From Perkinsus olseni (Eukaryota): 52,816 bases of DNA. Shown in pieces: positions 37,723-50,446 of the stretch. Location: the NCBI GenBank assembly GCA_013115125.1, contig JABANN010000211.1, positions 1 to 52,816 on the forward strand, given 5' to 3'. The notes under the pieces are model-generated. The model ran no database searches. It was given only the letters and a program-made list of their open reading frames with translations, and was not told the DNA's origin. The translations under genes were made by a program, and so were the position numbers. Every line of letters starts with the position of its first letter. Positions within the stretch are counted from its first letter, which is position 1.

Positions 37723-40173
37723 CTAGCTCTTAGAAACTGCCCGGCCACCGTTGTTGTTGTGGAGCTGCTGACGGCGCCTCTTCTCTTCCTCTTCTTCCAA
37801 CACATAAACCGAATTGGAATGTCCCTCCACAGGACGATTGTTCCTCCGAGCCACGTAGAAAACGCAATGAAACAGTGACTGAAACAAAGTGTGTCGGAGC
37901 TTAGCAATTTCGTGGCGCGCGGGAAAATATCTACTACCTCAGACAGACTGCCCAAGTTGGCCGCATAATTGGCGTCCAACCGCTTCTCTTCCACTATATC
38001 GAAATAAACTTCTAATAATGGCCGTACCTGGGATCGAACCCGCGTGAATACGCTACGCTGTTAAACGATGTTCACGAATCCACCAATAGGCTATAGATGC
38101 TGGGCGTTTACGACTTCTACCAAAACCCTGTCTCTCATACTCCATCACGATGGGCAGTAGAACGTCCCTCCCCCGGACAACCCTCCCTTGCATTACATCC
38201 TGCCAACTGAGTTCTATACTGATATCATTCTTGTTCTCGGCAAAGTGCCATAGCAATGGACCAATGTTAATGAACACCCCGCCGGGCTTGATGCAGTGAG
38301 CTAACACTCTTATGTACCTACAACAACTCCACCGTCCAACTGCCTTACGCCGACGACCACCTACTGGACGACATTCTTCGCCGTGTCTATGAAGAAAATA
38401 GACGCTACGGCATCCCATGCATTAAGGTGCTCCTCACCACGGAAGGTCTGAAGGAGAGGCATTGGTCAAGCACGAGTCGAAGGTCCCAAAAGTTGAATAT
38501 GTATCATTACCTCCACAAACTCCCCAGCACTCATCCCCATCGACCCGGACTCGCTACTACAGGCCATATCGTAGGCCGAAACATCAGGCACCTGAGGGGC
38601 CGTTCTACGCTACGACTACGACTACATCCTGATCTTTATACGAGGAACACGGATCCATATACAGCGGTATCGGTGAAGTACATGGATCGACCTAAGATAC
38701 GCCTGCTACTAATGAATGGACCAGGAAATAATCTCTGATACCCATACTTACCTCGATACCCCTAAGATGCGCATCTTTCTTCTTTCGACCTCCCAAGCTC
38801 ATAAGATAGGGATACACCTTCATGGTGAATTTATCAAGCCCAACATTCAACATCAAATTGGATGCAATCAACATGTGGTATCTAAAAATCTGCCAAATGC
38901 CAGAGTCCCCGCTTGACCTCACCCACTTACGAGAATTCATTTCCAAGAGCCTCGTATCCAGCCGCGCACACTTCAAGCACGCTTCTCCCCATACCACAAC
39001 CCGGCACGATGACTCTACCGCCAACTGGAACGTATCTTAGGTCGAAGCAAGTTCGGAATCTTGAGGTCAACAATGATCCCTACCGTTCGAGAGCATCAAT
39101 GACAGGTTCAAAACATTGTCGTCTCTCTTCCTCCCCCTCAACAGACCATTCCCTCACAAACTGCCGAAGAGTAGAACGAACCTTGGATATGTTCCGTGGC
39201 TGTGACTGGTGTCCTGAAGGCCCGATAAGCCCGACTAAGCCTCATCAACCAACGATAAGGGACCACTTAATTTAAACCAGAGAGGCCGCACAAAAATGTC
39301 AGAAAAATTCACGCCAAACGCTGTAGCAGCCACTCGAAATTACAAAAAATCGCACTACGAACCCATGAGAATACCAATACGACCTTCAGGCGGTTTTATT
39401 GCCCTCGCGGCCGTCCTGGGGCTGCTCACTCCGAACATCTGCGTGGATACCTCCGACAGCAAATGGCACACCTAAACTCAATACTACTGATACCCAACAG
39501 ATGATGTTCGCCATTACCCGCTGATTCACAGCCATACGCTCCCGTATCTCCTTCATGTACCCTTCGGGATTGCGACCCCATCTGATGATGGACACAGTGT
39601 CGACTAGACAGCGCCAAGCGATCGCCTACAACTGCAATTCCTCAGGGCTCAGCGACATCAGGCTGGTCTCCAGTGTCTGTAGTTCGACTTGGAAATCATC
39701 ACTGTACCTGCACTCGGCCGTATGGTAGAAGATTCAGCTCCCTCTCTTTGAGCGAATGAGGAGATTTTACGAGTCACCAATGGAGCGTTCATAAACAAGA
39801 AAATGCATCGTCATCATCATTTATAAGCATCCTAGCAACAAGTCCAACAAATCAACGTCGCGAACCAGTTGTAAACCATACAAGAATGCTGCCCCTTTCT
39901 CAGGACGGGTAAGTCAGAGGGTCCGGCCCCTCCTATTACGTTTCAAAACTCCAGACAACTTCGTCGAAGTGTCTTTTCTCCTCAGCGTAATCCTCAGCAT
40001 CCAACTCACCATCATCACCACAAGCATGGTCATCACCACCACAGCAGCCGTCCTTCGGTCGCCTGGACTAAGCCAATGGTTGAACTCTCATTAACCCAGT
40101 ATTACGCTGCTCGACTGCCCTTCCCGGCCTTCTTATGACCTCCTGCCTTCTTTTTTGATCGTGTTGGTGCCAT
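37723..40173 (-). CDS. CARNMT1: Carnosine N-methyltransferase / N2227-family His methyltransferase
   Basis: EEKRHFDEVVWSFE; KVRSTLRQFVREWSVEGEEER; VIVPGCGMGR; GNEFS|YHML; MSAGEF; WDAVASIFFIDTAKN; GGVFINIGPLLWHF..SIELS; CVFYVAR. Confidence 0.93.
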
Positions 40174-40478
40174 GGAATTAACTCAAACTACTGATGGCGC
40201 CGTGGTGCCCCTCGTAGTGGTCGGGCCGTGTAGAAAACTCTCGCTGACAGAAATGGAGCTCTCGCTGATGGAAAAGACACTCTTTTCCATACTCTTTTAA
40301 AGAGTATCTCCCCGTCCGTGAAGATCGTGCTGTTGGAAATGAATGTCGGAGAAGTGCCGGGCGCGGGAATCGAACCTGCCTCAGCTGATTGACGCCGGAA
40401 AAGATTCTGAAGGACCGCCATCGCAAGCTGACTCGAGTTGAGTGCTCCAAATTTTGACCTCAGTATATCGATTGTATC

Positions 40479-42519
40479 ATGACAGTAATAGGTGACGGTA
40501 CGTCGCCACCGCCTCGGGGAAGGCCAACCTCGACCTGTCAACAGCAGCAGCAGAATACATCCACTAATAACAACAACAACACAGGTACCGCTCTGAGTGC
40601 TTATTCCGGTTCAGACAGTCTTTGGGGGCCTGTCAGGAATGGCATCATCGTTTTCTACGAAGGACCCGATGGGAGCTGGGGAGGAGGCAGCTGATGTGAG
40701 AGTATCTTATGTCACTGAGCCATGCTATGGTGACGTAAAGATATGGTTTAAAGGGTGTTGCCTCAGCGGGTGGGGATATCCAACATCATCCCCATCATAA
40801 CACTCCTAACCCCTTCAGCCCTGAGTGGAAGCAAGGCTACGGCAGCTTCTTGGCGATTCTGGCACCGTCAGTGCTCTTGGACGTTTTCGTTGCTCCTGTA
40901 AGCCCAAGTAAAGTCTCGTGAACCACTCAATCATCTTGCCTAGTACCGCCCTTCACGAATACCCCAAGTTTTGCCGTCCACCTGTAGTCTTTGCCCTCAT
41001 GCTCTTCTCTCTTCCTAGGACTTCAACGTTGGAGTGCTCATAGTCCTGATAATAGTGGAAGTGCTCTCCCTTTACCTCCTGCTCAAGACGATGTACTCTG
41101 ACCCGGGTATCCTCCCTCGGCTAGAGTCCCACGGGGCCTATCAAGATCCAGCCACAGGAGAGGTACCTTTTCGTCCTTCTTCCTACCACTACCATCCCCT
41201 TCCCCTCAGAAGCGGTATCGTGCGCCACCCCGGTTCCAGGACTGCGTCCTCAGCAACCACCCCTTTCGTCTGAAGTAATGTCGCCTAGCAGACAGCTCTG
41301 TCTGCACCCATCAGTCTGCTTCCCAGGTACTGCCATACTTGCCACCTTTATCGGCCCCCGAGGGCCACTCACTGTGGGACCTGCGATACTTGCGTCACGA
41401 GATTTGACCATCACTGTCCGTGGGTCGGCACTTGCATCGGTGGCGGCAACTACCGGTAGTATTCCTGGCCACTTGCAGGACCCGCCCGAACGTCGTATCT
41501 TGTAGGATATTCTACTCCTTCATTACTAGCACTGCGGCTCTGACGTTGTTCGGCCTCGGCCTCTCAGTAGCCAATCTCGTTATCCTCTCTGATGACAACG
41601 AAGGCTTCGTAGGTAGGAGCATGAAAGATACAAAATTAAAGATACTCATCCTCTACCCACTCTTCGTAGGCGGAGTAGAGGCCAGCCCGATGACTATAGT
41701 ATTGCTGGTGTATTGTGCCCTCTTCATGTGGTTCACAGTGGGGCTGTTCCTTTACCACACGTACCTAGTTCTAACGGCCCAGACGACGTAAGTGGTGTAC
41801 CCTCCACTAGGAGTCCACAAGGGCGTCCCTTCTCAGGTATGAGCAGATAAAAGGCGTGTACTCCCTCTCGCATGGGTGTATCGATAATCCCTATTACCGA
41901 GGCCCTGGCGGTAACATGATGTATGGCGTTGCCAAGGCTAGACGGAAAGGGTCTAAATTTGACCGGCGGAGCGGAACAGTGGTACTAATTTCACCGGGGG
42001 AGGCTTCGATTGTTAGAAGGGAGGCTCAGCCTTTGGCTAACCTAGTAGAGAGTCGGGAGGAAATTCTTGCCTTGTGATTTTTCACGTGACCGCAGCAGGA
42101 CGTCTGCCTCCCAAGCGTGATCCCGTAGGTTCTGCCTTCCAGTCTTCCGCCAGTGATACTGCCATGCTTGCGTGATGGATCCGACTACCCTCCAGATGAC
42201 ACTGATAAGACACTCGAGGAGACACCCATGGACGGTGGTGGCTATGTACTACTCGCTACCATCAGTATTACTACCATCCTGGGTTGAACCACGTTAGATA
42301 ACGACACCCCAAGTACCGCATGGGCCGTCAGCATACCCCCCTCCCCCATCCTCCCCGGCAGCAGATAGGACCACTGCCTCTTCTAGAGGCGCTACTGAGG
42401 AGCTAGAGGGTCGAGCAGATGAGGAGAAGATAGTCGAGTCGTTTGCCGTTAAGGACGGTAAGGCTGCAACCTTGACGTCGACGGCGGCTTCCAGTGTGTC
42501 GTCTGTCAGGGTCGATTGA
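40479..42519 (+). CDS. DHHC palmitoyltransferase (Erf2/ZDHHC9-like)
   Basis: [53 protein letters not shown] helices; QTT|YEQIK; NPY. 3' exon boundaries approximate. Confidence 0.95.
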
Positions 42520-43011
42520 AGATCCTAGTCCGGTACTCAAGATCCCCAATGCCTTTATGAAATTAACAGGCGTCGATCCTAATAAGACCGCTCTCTAACT
42601 CTGCAGCGGCCACCACCACCCACAAGAGGTGATTCTACCACCACCATCAGCCTCATTCCGATAAAAGATCGGCAATTCGTGAAGTCCATGAACTCTTATC
42701 CGCCCTCCTCTTGCTGCAGCAGCTTTTAAGCCATTATAATCATCAGTTTCATCAGCATTTCTCTCCGCTTGTGATTGTCCTCCTTTTGTAATAGTGTACT
42801 ACTATGAACAGCACCAACGACGCCTACGGCTCCCCTTCCCCTCAGCGTGGCCACCCGAAAGGTTACTTTTTCGCCTAGCTTGTATCATCATCGTCATCAT
42901 TGCCTTATCACAAGTATCATATCACCAATTCTCGGTTTTTGGTTGGAAAGTCGGACAGGGGAGGGCCTGTGGACAGGAATCGGCCGATGGCGGCCCCTCA
43001 CCAACTCTCGG

Positions 43012-46000
43012 ATGGACCCTAGCCATCGCGACCTGGCCATCAGAGCAGCGGAGGGCGGAGGGGATGCTGTCCTCTTGGAGGCACTCCTCGAGGACGTTGA
43101 CATTGGCAGTAGTGATACAGCATCACCTCCGGTAGACCGCTGGTCACAGTGGCCGCCGTCCCGGTGCTCCTCTCATGCCCCTCAGGCCCCTCAGGCCCTG
43201 TCGCCGAGGGCTGCCTGGCCGGAGCAGGACCATGAAGACGTGAGCGTCGTAGAGCCTCTGGTGTCGGCATGTCGGGAGATGGAGGCGCTGGAGGATCAGG
43301 AGCTCGCAGCCTTATTGCCTGACTATGACCAAACAGCTCGTGCTCGACTAGTGGCTTGGCAGGAGCGGAGAGATGCTTCCGCCCAGCGCTGGGCCGATGC
43401 TAAGCACACTCTTCGGGAAGAGTGGCAGGATGAAGCGCTACTCTCCGCCGAGAGCTCTGACGCCGAGGACTGTCAAGAACCGCTCTCAAGTTCGAGTGTG
43501 CCTGCTACCGGCCTGGAGGCTGCCGACGGCGGTGACCTTGAGGAGGACGAGGCTCCACAAGAAGAGCCGGCATCACCAGGAGGGCTGTTGGATGGGACGA
43601 AGAACTGGGAGGCGCTGAGAGGTGGGCTGGACTAACCGTTTGGGAGCTGCACCATCGAGGGGCTTTAGGTAGGATAGGAGAGGTATTGAGGATGGCTTCT
43701 GAGAAGGGGCAGGCCCTGGACAGGGAAGAGGCTGATCTGGATGTGGACGAAGGTGTCACCACCTACGTACCGCAGGGCCATGAGGGTCAATCGTCAGGGG
43801 TCCTCATCCCTCAAGACCCTCCCCAGTCCGGCTGCTACAGCGATAGCCGTCCCACTGCGGCGAAGGCGGACACCTCTCAAACCATCCCGAGAGAGGACCG
43901 GCCCATGACGGTCGTTGATGTGGTGCGTCCGGCTCTACCCTCGCAAGGAACGGAGGCCGTAGCCCCCCTCCCCGAGGAGGTATCTGTACTCCTATCGTTA
44001 TCCATGTCTGGCCACTACGAGCAGCCCACTTCTTCAGGTGCCGCAATCCGCATGGGCATCGAGTCAAGCACGCCGTCGAGAGCTCTCCTGCATGGTTCAA
44101 GAGGACGCTCTGGTCACGGCTCAAGTACCACTCCTTCACCACCTCTCTTCCAGTGACCCCCCACAGGCCTCAGCTACGGAGCATGAGCGTGGAAGGCTGA
44201 CCCTGGAAGATACGTTTGCCCTGAGGTATCGCCAGTGGGAGCTCTACCAGCAAGGCAGGTCCCCCTCCTTCTCGAGTTTTGCGCACCATCCTCGCCTGCT
44301 CAGCCCTGGAGACCCAGCAGCGAGAGCTGTCGTACGAGCGGCGAGCGATGGAGGGAGCCGATCAGGCGGCCCGTGCGTGGCTCCAACGGCAGCATACCGA
44401 AAGGCTTCTCATGGCCATCGCGGATGACCAGTCGGCTGCCCACAGGATGGAGGACCGAGTAGGTCACCCCCACGGCGTCGCAGGCAGCCCTCGGCACTCA
44501 GCGGGACGTGGAAGGTCGAAGGATGCTCCGTGCCATGCATGAGTCCCGGGCCTACAGGATGTAGTGCGCTGCTCTTACTGGTCATGTATCGCCCTTCCTT
44601 GTAGCCACCTTAAAGCCCTCCGGCAGAACCGTGATGCCATGGTGGTCGAGGACTCCGGGGGACGAGAGAGGAGAGAGTAGACGATCCCTGCCGTGGAGAG
44701 GCGTTGAACGATGGTCTTCCACTCAGGAGCCTGTGGATGGCCCAGGAGGAGAGGCCAAGCTCCTGGTGGCGTAGCGCGGATCGATCAGTTACTGTCATCG
44801 CAAGGGCTGTCAGGAAACGCCGAGCTGAGGTTGCACTCCCTCACGGACTGCAGCAGGCACCCTGCTGGACCAGATACGCCAGCTGGCCGCACTCAGAATC
44901 CAAGCCTGTTGGCGGGGCAATAGGGAGAGAGGCTATTGCGTGGCAGCGCTGTTGGGGATACTGCGGGTAGACAGGGGCGTCATCTCAGGAAGCCTCTCGC
45001 TTCCGCTAGTACTGAAGGAAGTACAAAGAAGCTCCTGCAGCCGTCGATCTTGCAGACTTCTCCTTCGCCCAGCACCGCAACTCCTGGGCCAAGTTTCTCT
45101 TCTCCCGGCTGTTGTTGTTAACGGTGGTGGTGACGTAGATACAGACTGTCTATCGTGGCTTCCGACAACGGAGGGAGTTCTCAGCTGTCGTGTCATCAGT
45201 GGTGAGGATCCAGGCAGCATTAAGAGGTTATCGTCAACGGCGGAGGTATCCTGCCCTATCATCAACTCGAAGCCGGAGGGCATCAGGTACAGCAGCATAG
45301 GAGACCGCTATCTGCACGACCCAGCAGGGGAGTTGGGGGAGGTTGACTTGACCGATATACTCCGAGCTGAGGAGGGCATATCCTCTCTAGTAGGCGCCAC
45401 TACGATCCTACTTCGGGGTCCCTCTCCTCCCTCAGTTCCCCGACAGGCCGACCCTGGTTGTACCGAATCGGACTGAAGAGGCAATCGGCGGGCCAGCTGG
45501 AACGAAGCCAAACGTAGTTGTGGTTGCTCGTACACTGTACTGCCTGGGCTGCATAGGAGGAGTCCATTCGTCTACACGATACCACTCACCAAGAAAAAGA
45601 GGAAAACATCCACCCCATGATGGGCTGCAGCAGGGCCACCTCGCCACTCCTGCCGGACATCAACAGTCATCGATCGACCACTTCTTCGCGGCAAGACACT
45701 ACGGCCAGCAGCAGCAGCAGGAGCAGCAGCAGGAGGAGGAGCTCCACCGCTGAGGAGATCAATGCAAGGGCGGCGACGTCTGAGCAGGTCCAACGCTCCA
45801 TCCAGTGGCCATTCCCTCTACCCTCTCTGCCTCCCTCGTTGCAGGTCGTACCACTCCCTCCGATACTCCCGAGGTGGCGGTCAGCCGTGGTTGCATGGAG
45901 GACCCCCACCCCTTCAGTGCACCAAGATGCCCTCCAGGGTGGGACCGCGGCCGTACTGGAATACTGTGGGATGCCTTGTATGCTCAGCCGAAGGGGACGC

Positions 46001-46278
46001 CCCGGCGCACCCGAGTCTGACTGGCTTGGTCGCTAGAAGGCCCAGCCGTATAGCGGGACCAGGAAAGATTACACGGAAGCGGTGAGATCGATGGCAGTCC
46101 CGACGCAGTCATCCATCTCAGGCCACCGATGACCAGACCGCCGCCCCGTGGGGGCAGCTGGGCCAGCCCGAGGCCGAAGGAGAAGCATCCGCTGAATGCA
46201 CAGGAGTCCGTGAGGTTGTTCTTGGAGCAGCAACGACAGCAGCAACGCAAGCTCCCCGACTACAGCGCCGGCCAGTGA
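43012..46278 (+). CDS. Large hypothetical acidic/coiled-coil protein (one or more genes)
   Basis: Chain of plus-strand exons (ORFs 42847-43635, 43686-44156, 44940-45476, 45617-46036) with GT-AG sites, ending in SVRLFLEQQRQQQRKLPDYSAGQ*. Confidence 0.45.
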
Positions 46279-46462
46279 TGATGATGTGTCCATGCCCGAG
46301 CGTTCCCGTCCCGTTGTCTCTGTACCCTTGCGGACTGTCAGTGTTGTGTTGGCTATTCCAATCGTCGCTACGGCCGCTGCGGTGAACTCGCCTCTTAATC
46401 GGTGATCTGGAGGCGGCACTACCCCAATCCGTCTGGACGTTCAGTGGGACTATTCCACAATC

Positions 46463-47715
46463 ATGTCAGTGGACCCAGCCATCTGCCACTCAGTCATACG
46501 CCGGGCCTGTTGCTTGGCCTTAGCCTCTGCGGCAGAGGCCCCCGACTCAGGCTTTGGCTCAGCTAGTGATGTCGTCATAGAAGAACGGGCACTCGATCTT
46601 ATGGCCACAGTCGTTGAAAGGTGAGCGTCTTGGGCGGGAATAATCTGACACTCTAAAGGACAAACTTTGAACTGCTACTTGATAACGACACTTCATGCTG
46701 CAGCAGTCGATACATAGCAAGCATCCTAGACACTTCCTCTTGCTTAGATTATCCCTCGCTACCGATCAGCTTGATGAGATCTCGGTGTTGTCAGGTATGT
46801 CACAGACACCATAGGAGCTTCGGCATCGGCTCTGGCAACGGCCAGCAATCGGCATGAGATCGGTAGCTTGTTCAATCACAACGGCCTCCTCGATATCACT
46901 CCCTGCCCTTCCAGGCGTCATGGACATCATCGCTGTGTCCAATTTCTCCCGGTGCAACACAGGGGAGATGTCCGGGGCGATTAGTCGTCGGCAGAAACGC
47001 AAATGCCAAATTCAACTCATCAACCCGGCAGCCACATCTCCTAATAATAAGAGGCCCGGTCGCGGCAAAGGTGAGCCTCTGATCGTCACAGTCGCTCAGT
47101 GGTGTCTTCAGCAGGTCTTCTGGAGTGTCCACAGCTGACCGGGGACGAGATAACTCGATCGTTGCTATCCTCTCCTGGTGGGCTCATACCGCAGGGCTTA
47201 CCTCATCCAGCGATGCCAACTTTGAAACCTGAGGACACGTTCCAATCTCCGCTCGGAAAGGCGTAAGCACTCGCATAGCGAAGAAGACGGCCGAAGGGTC
47301 TCCACAGGTCCGACAAACAGGAGGATGGCGCGGAGCACCCTATGGTCCCCGCCCACTTCCCAGCCTGGTTGAACCGTGAAATTGTGAACGGTTACAACGA
47401 ACTTCAGAAGAACGTTGCCGCTGGGAAACTTCAGCCAGAGAAGAAAGCTGTCGATGAAAATGAGAAGTTGAGCGAGGCTAAGGTGGCTCTTCGAAATTCC
47501 GTTTGATCTGAGTACTCACGAAGACGATAATTCTTCCCCGTTCGTTGTGGTTTCAGGCCTTCACGGCAGCTGTTCGAGGGACGACCGCCGATAAGGGTAA
47601 CAATGATGCCAACAATGGTGGCGGGGAAGAAGGAAAGCAAGAATCAGTCAAGGGAGAAGCAGCTGGACAGACCAAACGCACCGGAGGAGTTGGTCGTATT
47701 CGAATAGCGAGATGA
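46463..47715 (+). CDS. TAF8-like bromodomain-associated (BTP histone-fold) protein
   Basis: MSVDPAICHSVIRRACCLALA..GFGSASDVVIEERALDLMATVVE..LDEISVLS..VMDIIAV is BTP-like, and a later AMPTLKPEDTFQSP resembles the TAF8 proline-rich motif. Assignment is inference. Confidence 0.45.
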
Positions 47716-48137
47716 ATTTTAGCGAGGAAGTGCTTTGCGTTTTGTAACGGTGACACTGGGGTGCCTGCCGCGGACAAGGTTGCAACCATCTTAGGGGGTC
47801 GGAAACGCGAAGAACAGTCGAAACGCAATCGATTACACGCTGATGCAGCGTGTTGTTTCGTATCCGAGGCACTCTGTCACCGTCAAGTATAAGCCGGCGG
47901 TGGCATTGGACTTCAAACTCACACACACCGTCACCAACCCGCCATCACTTTATGATCAACGTGGTCTTCCGTTTCCTTCTGGTGCGCGCGCTTACGCTGG
48001 GCGGAGGCAGTCAGCTGATTTCCGTCGTCGGAACTTGACCAGTTGGAAACTTTCACGAGATTTGAATCACATGTTGACTCTCCTAGTGGTGCAGATTTGC
48101 CATGACTGTTCCTCCTGAGATCCACGTTCCGGAAATT

Positions 48138-50211
48138 TCATGATGGAAATTCCGCCGTGGAATATTCACGAGGTACCGAGTGTCTTAGAGATTCTTCACG
48201 AGCACTGGCGACCTGCGTGCGGAGCTTGACTCCGTCGACTGGCAAGAGGGTCTTTCTCAGAGGACTTAGAAATGATGCTCGGGGTTCCTTATTTGGGCCT
48301 CGACATGGCCAAGAACGAGTATGTCGGTTGCTGATGAGGGGGCCCCAGCCGCCGCAGTTCGACCGAGCTTTCCTCACAGCCCCTTATACTCTTCCGACTG
48401 CCACAACCCAACAACACTTACATCACGTGTGATCTCAACGGGGTGACATGTACAGAGTAGCTGAAACGGTCTTTCTGATGGTCGAGCTCAGCGTCGTCTC
48501 CAGTGACTCCCCTAGTGAGCGTAGATCTCTACTGGCAATACGGAAATCGACGCGGTGGTGGTCTCGACGTGCAGCACGGTCGCTATCGAGCTGAGAATGG
48601 GAGAGACATCGGAAACTACAAGAAGGATGCACCGATCGATGCCGAAAAAATTTCCTCTATATGACTATCGTCCGCAGCAGCACTTCCTTACTCTGACTAT
48701 AGCCCATACAAGTAGCAGCTTCATCCATGTCAATCGGAAGTGGTCAACAGCAGCCTCCGTGTATGGAGCAGGGACCTGAGTGCACTGATTATCGCTGGAG
48801 TATCCCAGCTAGGCACCTGGCAGCACTACATGCGCGTTGATCTTCAGCAGGCCGGCAACACCACCGCTCCCCTCTGATGAGCACTCGAGTGTCGCGTAAC
48901 AGTCGCCGAGGATCGGCAGGAGATGCTCTCGATAGTGGTCAAGCAATACCACATCAAAGGCAACTCTCAGCTCAATAACTGCGAAAACTACGGTGACTTG
49001 ACACAGCTTGTCAGAAGCCCGCGTGCATGATTACCGTCGTGTGTGACTTGAACGTCATCCAGCGAGGCCACATCAAATACATGAAGGCAATGCTGCCCTC
49101 GTGGCTTGGAGTACCGCAACTCCGACCGTCGGAGCTCCCACCCTGATCTCGTTATATACACTTTGTCATACGTTTCGAGAGGCCCAGGGAGTAGGGCGGT
49201 GATGAGAGAGCACAACCGAGACACATCATTGGCGTACGAGTGCTTCAGCTGCCCTTCGTTCTCTATGAGAGTGTCACCGTGCCCGGGTGTCTCGGCTTCT
49301 ACCACGACTTCGACTGGCTCCTGCGGGCGCTCCACTGGCCTAGGTTTAGCGAAGACAGAAAAGTGCGGGCCGGGCCCAGCCTTCACTCCAAGGTCGGGAA
49401 GCTTCTCGATCACTGCTTGCGAGGGATAGATTCGACCTTTGTCGTCTGAAAGAGTTCCGCCGTCGAGCTCATCGTGATCACCGTATTGCGTTTGCGCCGA
49501 TCGCTCCGTCATTCCCCGGTCCATAATCATCCCGTTCGGCTCAACTCTGCGGGGTTCATAGACTTCCGAAGGAGAGATGGTCGGACTCCTGGATCCCGAT
49601 CGCGACTTCTGCCTTGAACTCAACGGTGAGGCCTCGGCGCTCGTAGATCGGGGACTGGGTTCGGATTCCTTCAGGACAGTAGCTCCATCGTGGCTGGTCG
49701 GGCTATACGTAAGTTCACGGTCACCGTATTCAGACATAAGCGGCCGTTCTTTCCTTCTCGGGGCCTGGGCGGCCCGGGTCCGCCCGATGCCGCGCTGCTG
49801 ATGTCTTCGTGCAAGGGAGACGCCCGGACTCGCAGATCGTGCCCGCGACTTCTTCGTATGAGCAGGCGAGCCTTTGGCCTCCGATGTACGGGGTCGGGAT
49901 TCACGCGCGTGGGAAGCATTGCTCGCGAAGTAGTCTAGACGATGTGAAGTTGCGCTGCCACAGTCGTCTCGGCGGTCAGCGGAGCCGACAGAATCCCCCA
50001 CATGCTCGAGTGTTCTCCTGGCAGGCACCGAGTAGCCGAGTAACTGAGCCCGCGACAGTGAGCGATATTATAGAAGAGTGCCGCTCACATTTTCATGAAT
50101 CCAAGCTAGCTGATCGTACCATCGGTCGAGTAGAGATTCCGCTGAGAGAGTATTCCCAGACGGAACTCGGTAATCTGGTACTCGGAAGGGTGAGCTCGGA
50201 CGACAGGCCAT
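48138..50211 (-). CDS. Hypothetical protein with Ser/Arg-rich disordered region and globular C-terminus
   Basis: First exon MACRPSSPFRVP..LAWIHEN|, a 346-aa exon ORF (48988-50028), and further GT-AG exons; 3' end uncertain. Confidence 0.5.
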
Positions 50212-50446
50212 CGCAAAATCATTCTGGCATTCTGCAGACCGTAGCGGCCCATGCCGCGGGATAAATGACCATCTCGGTAAGCAAACTCGTTGATGGGCCG
50301 TATCGCCACCGACCGCGGCTGGTGAGATAGATCGGATTGACTAACGCATCTCTCTGTGTGATGTCTACAAAAATTCTAACAGAATTGCGATAACACTACC
50401 GCTGCATGAGTGACTTCGACATTGGCGTGAAGTCTTCAGAATTTCA

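Noticed and set aside
40355..40445. Complete tRNA-Sec (CTTCAG on the minus strand)
   Set aside because: The acceptor, D and anticodon stems do not pair. Only the 3' portion is tRNA-like.
44933..46580. Minus-strand gene head-to-head with an ATG at 46601
   Set aside because: Splice signals and frame continuity favour plus-strand exons. 46601 is an internal Met of the exon that starts at 46463.
42800..50300. Long low-complexity ORFs as a possible retrotransposon (gag/pol)
   Set aside because: No RT (YxDD), integrase, protease or CCHC motifs and no LTRs or TIRs. The ORFs resolve into ordinary spliced genes.
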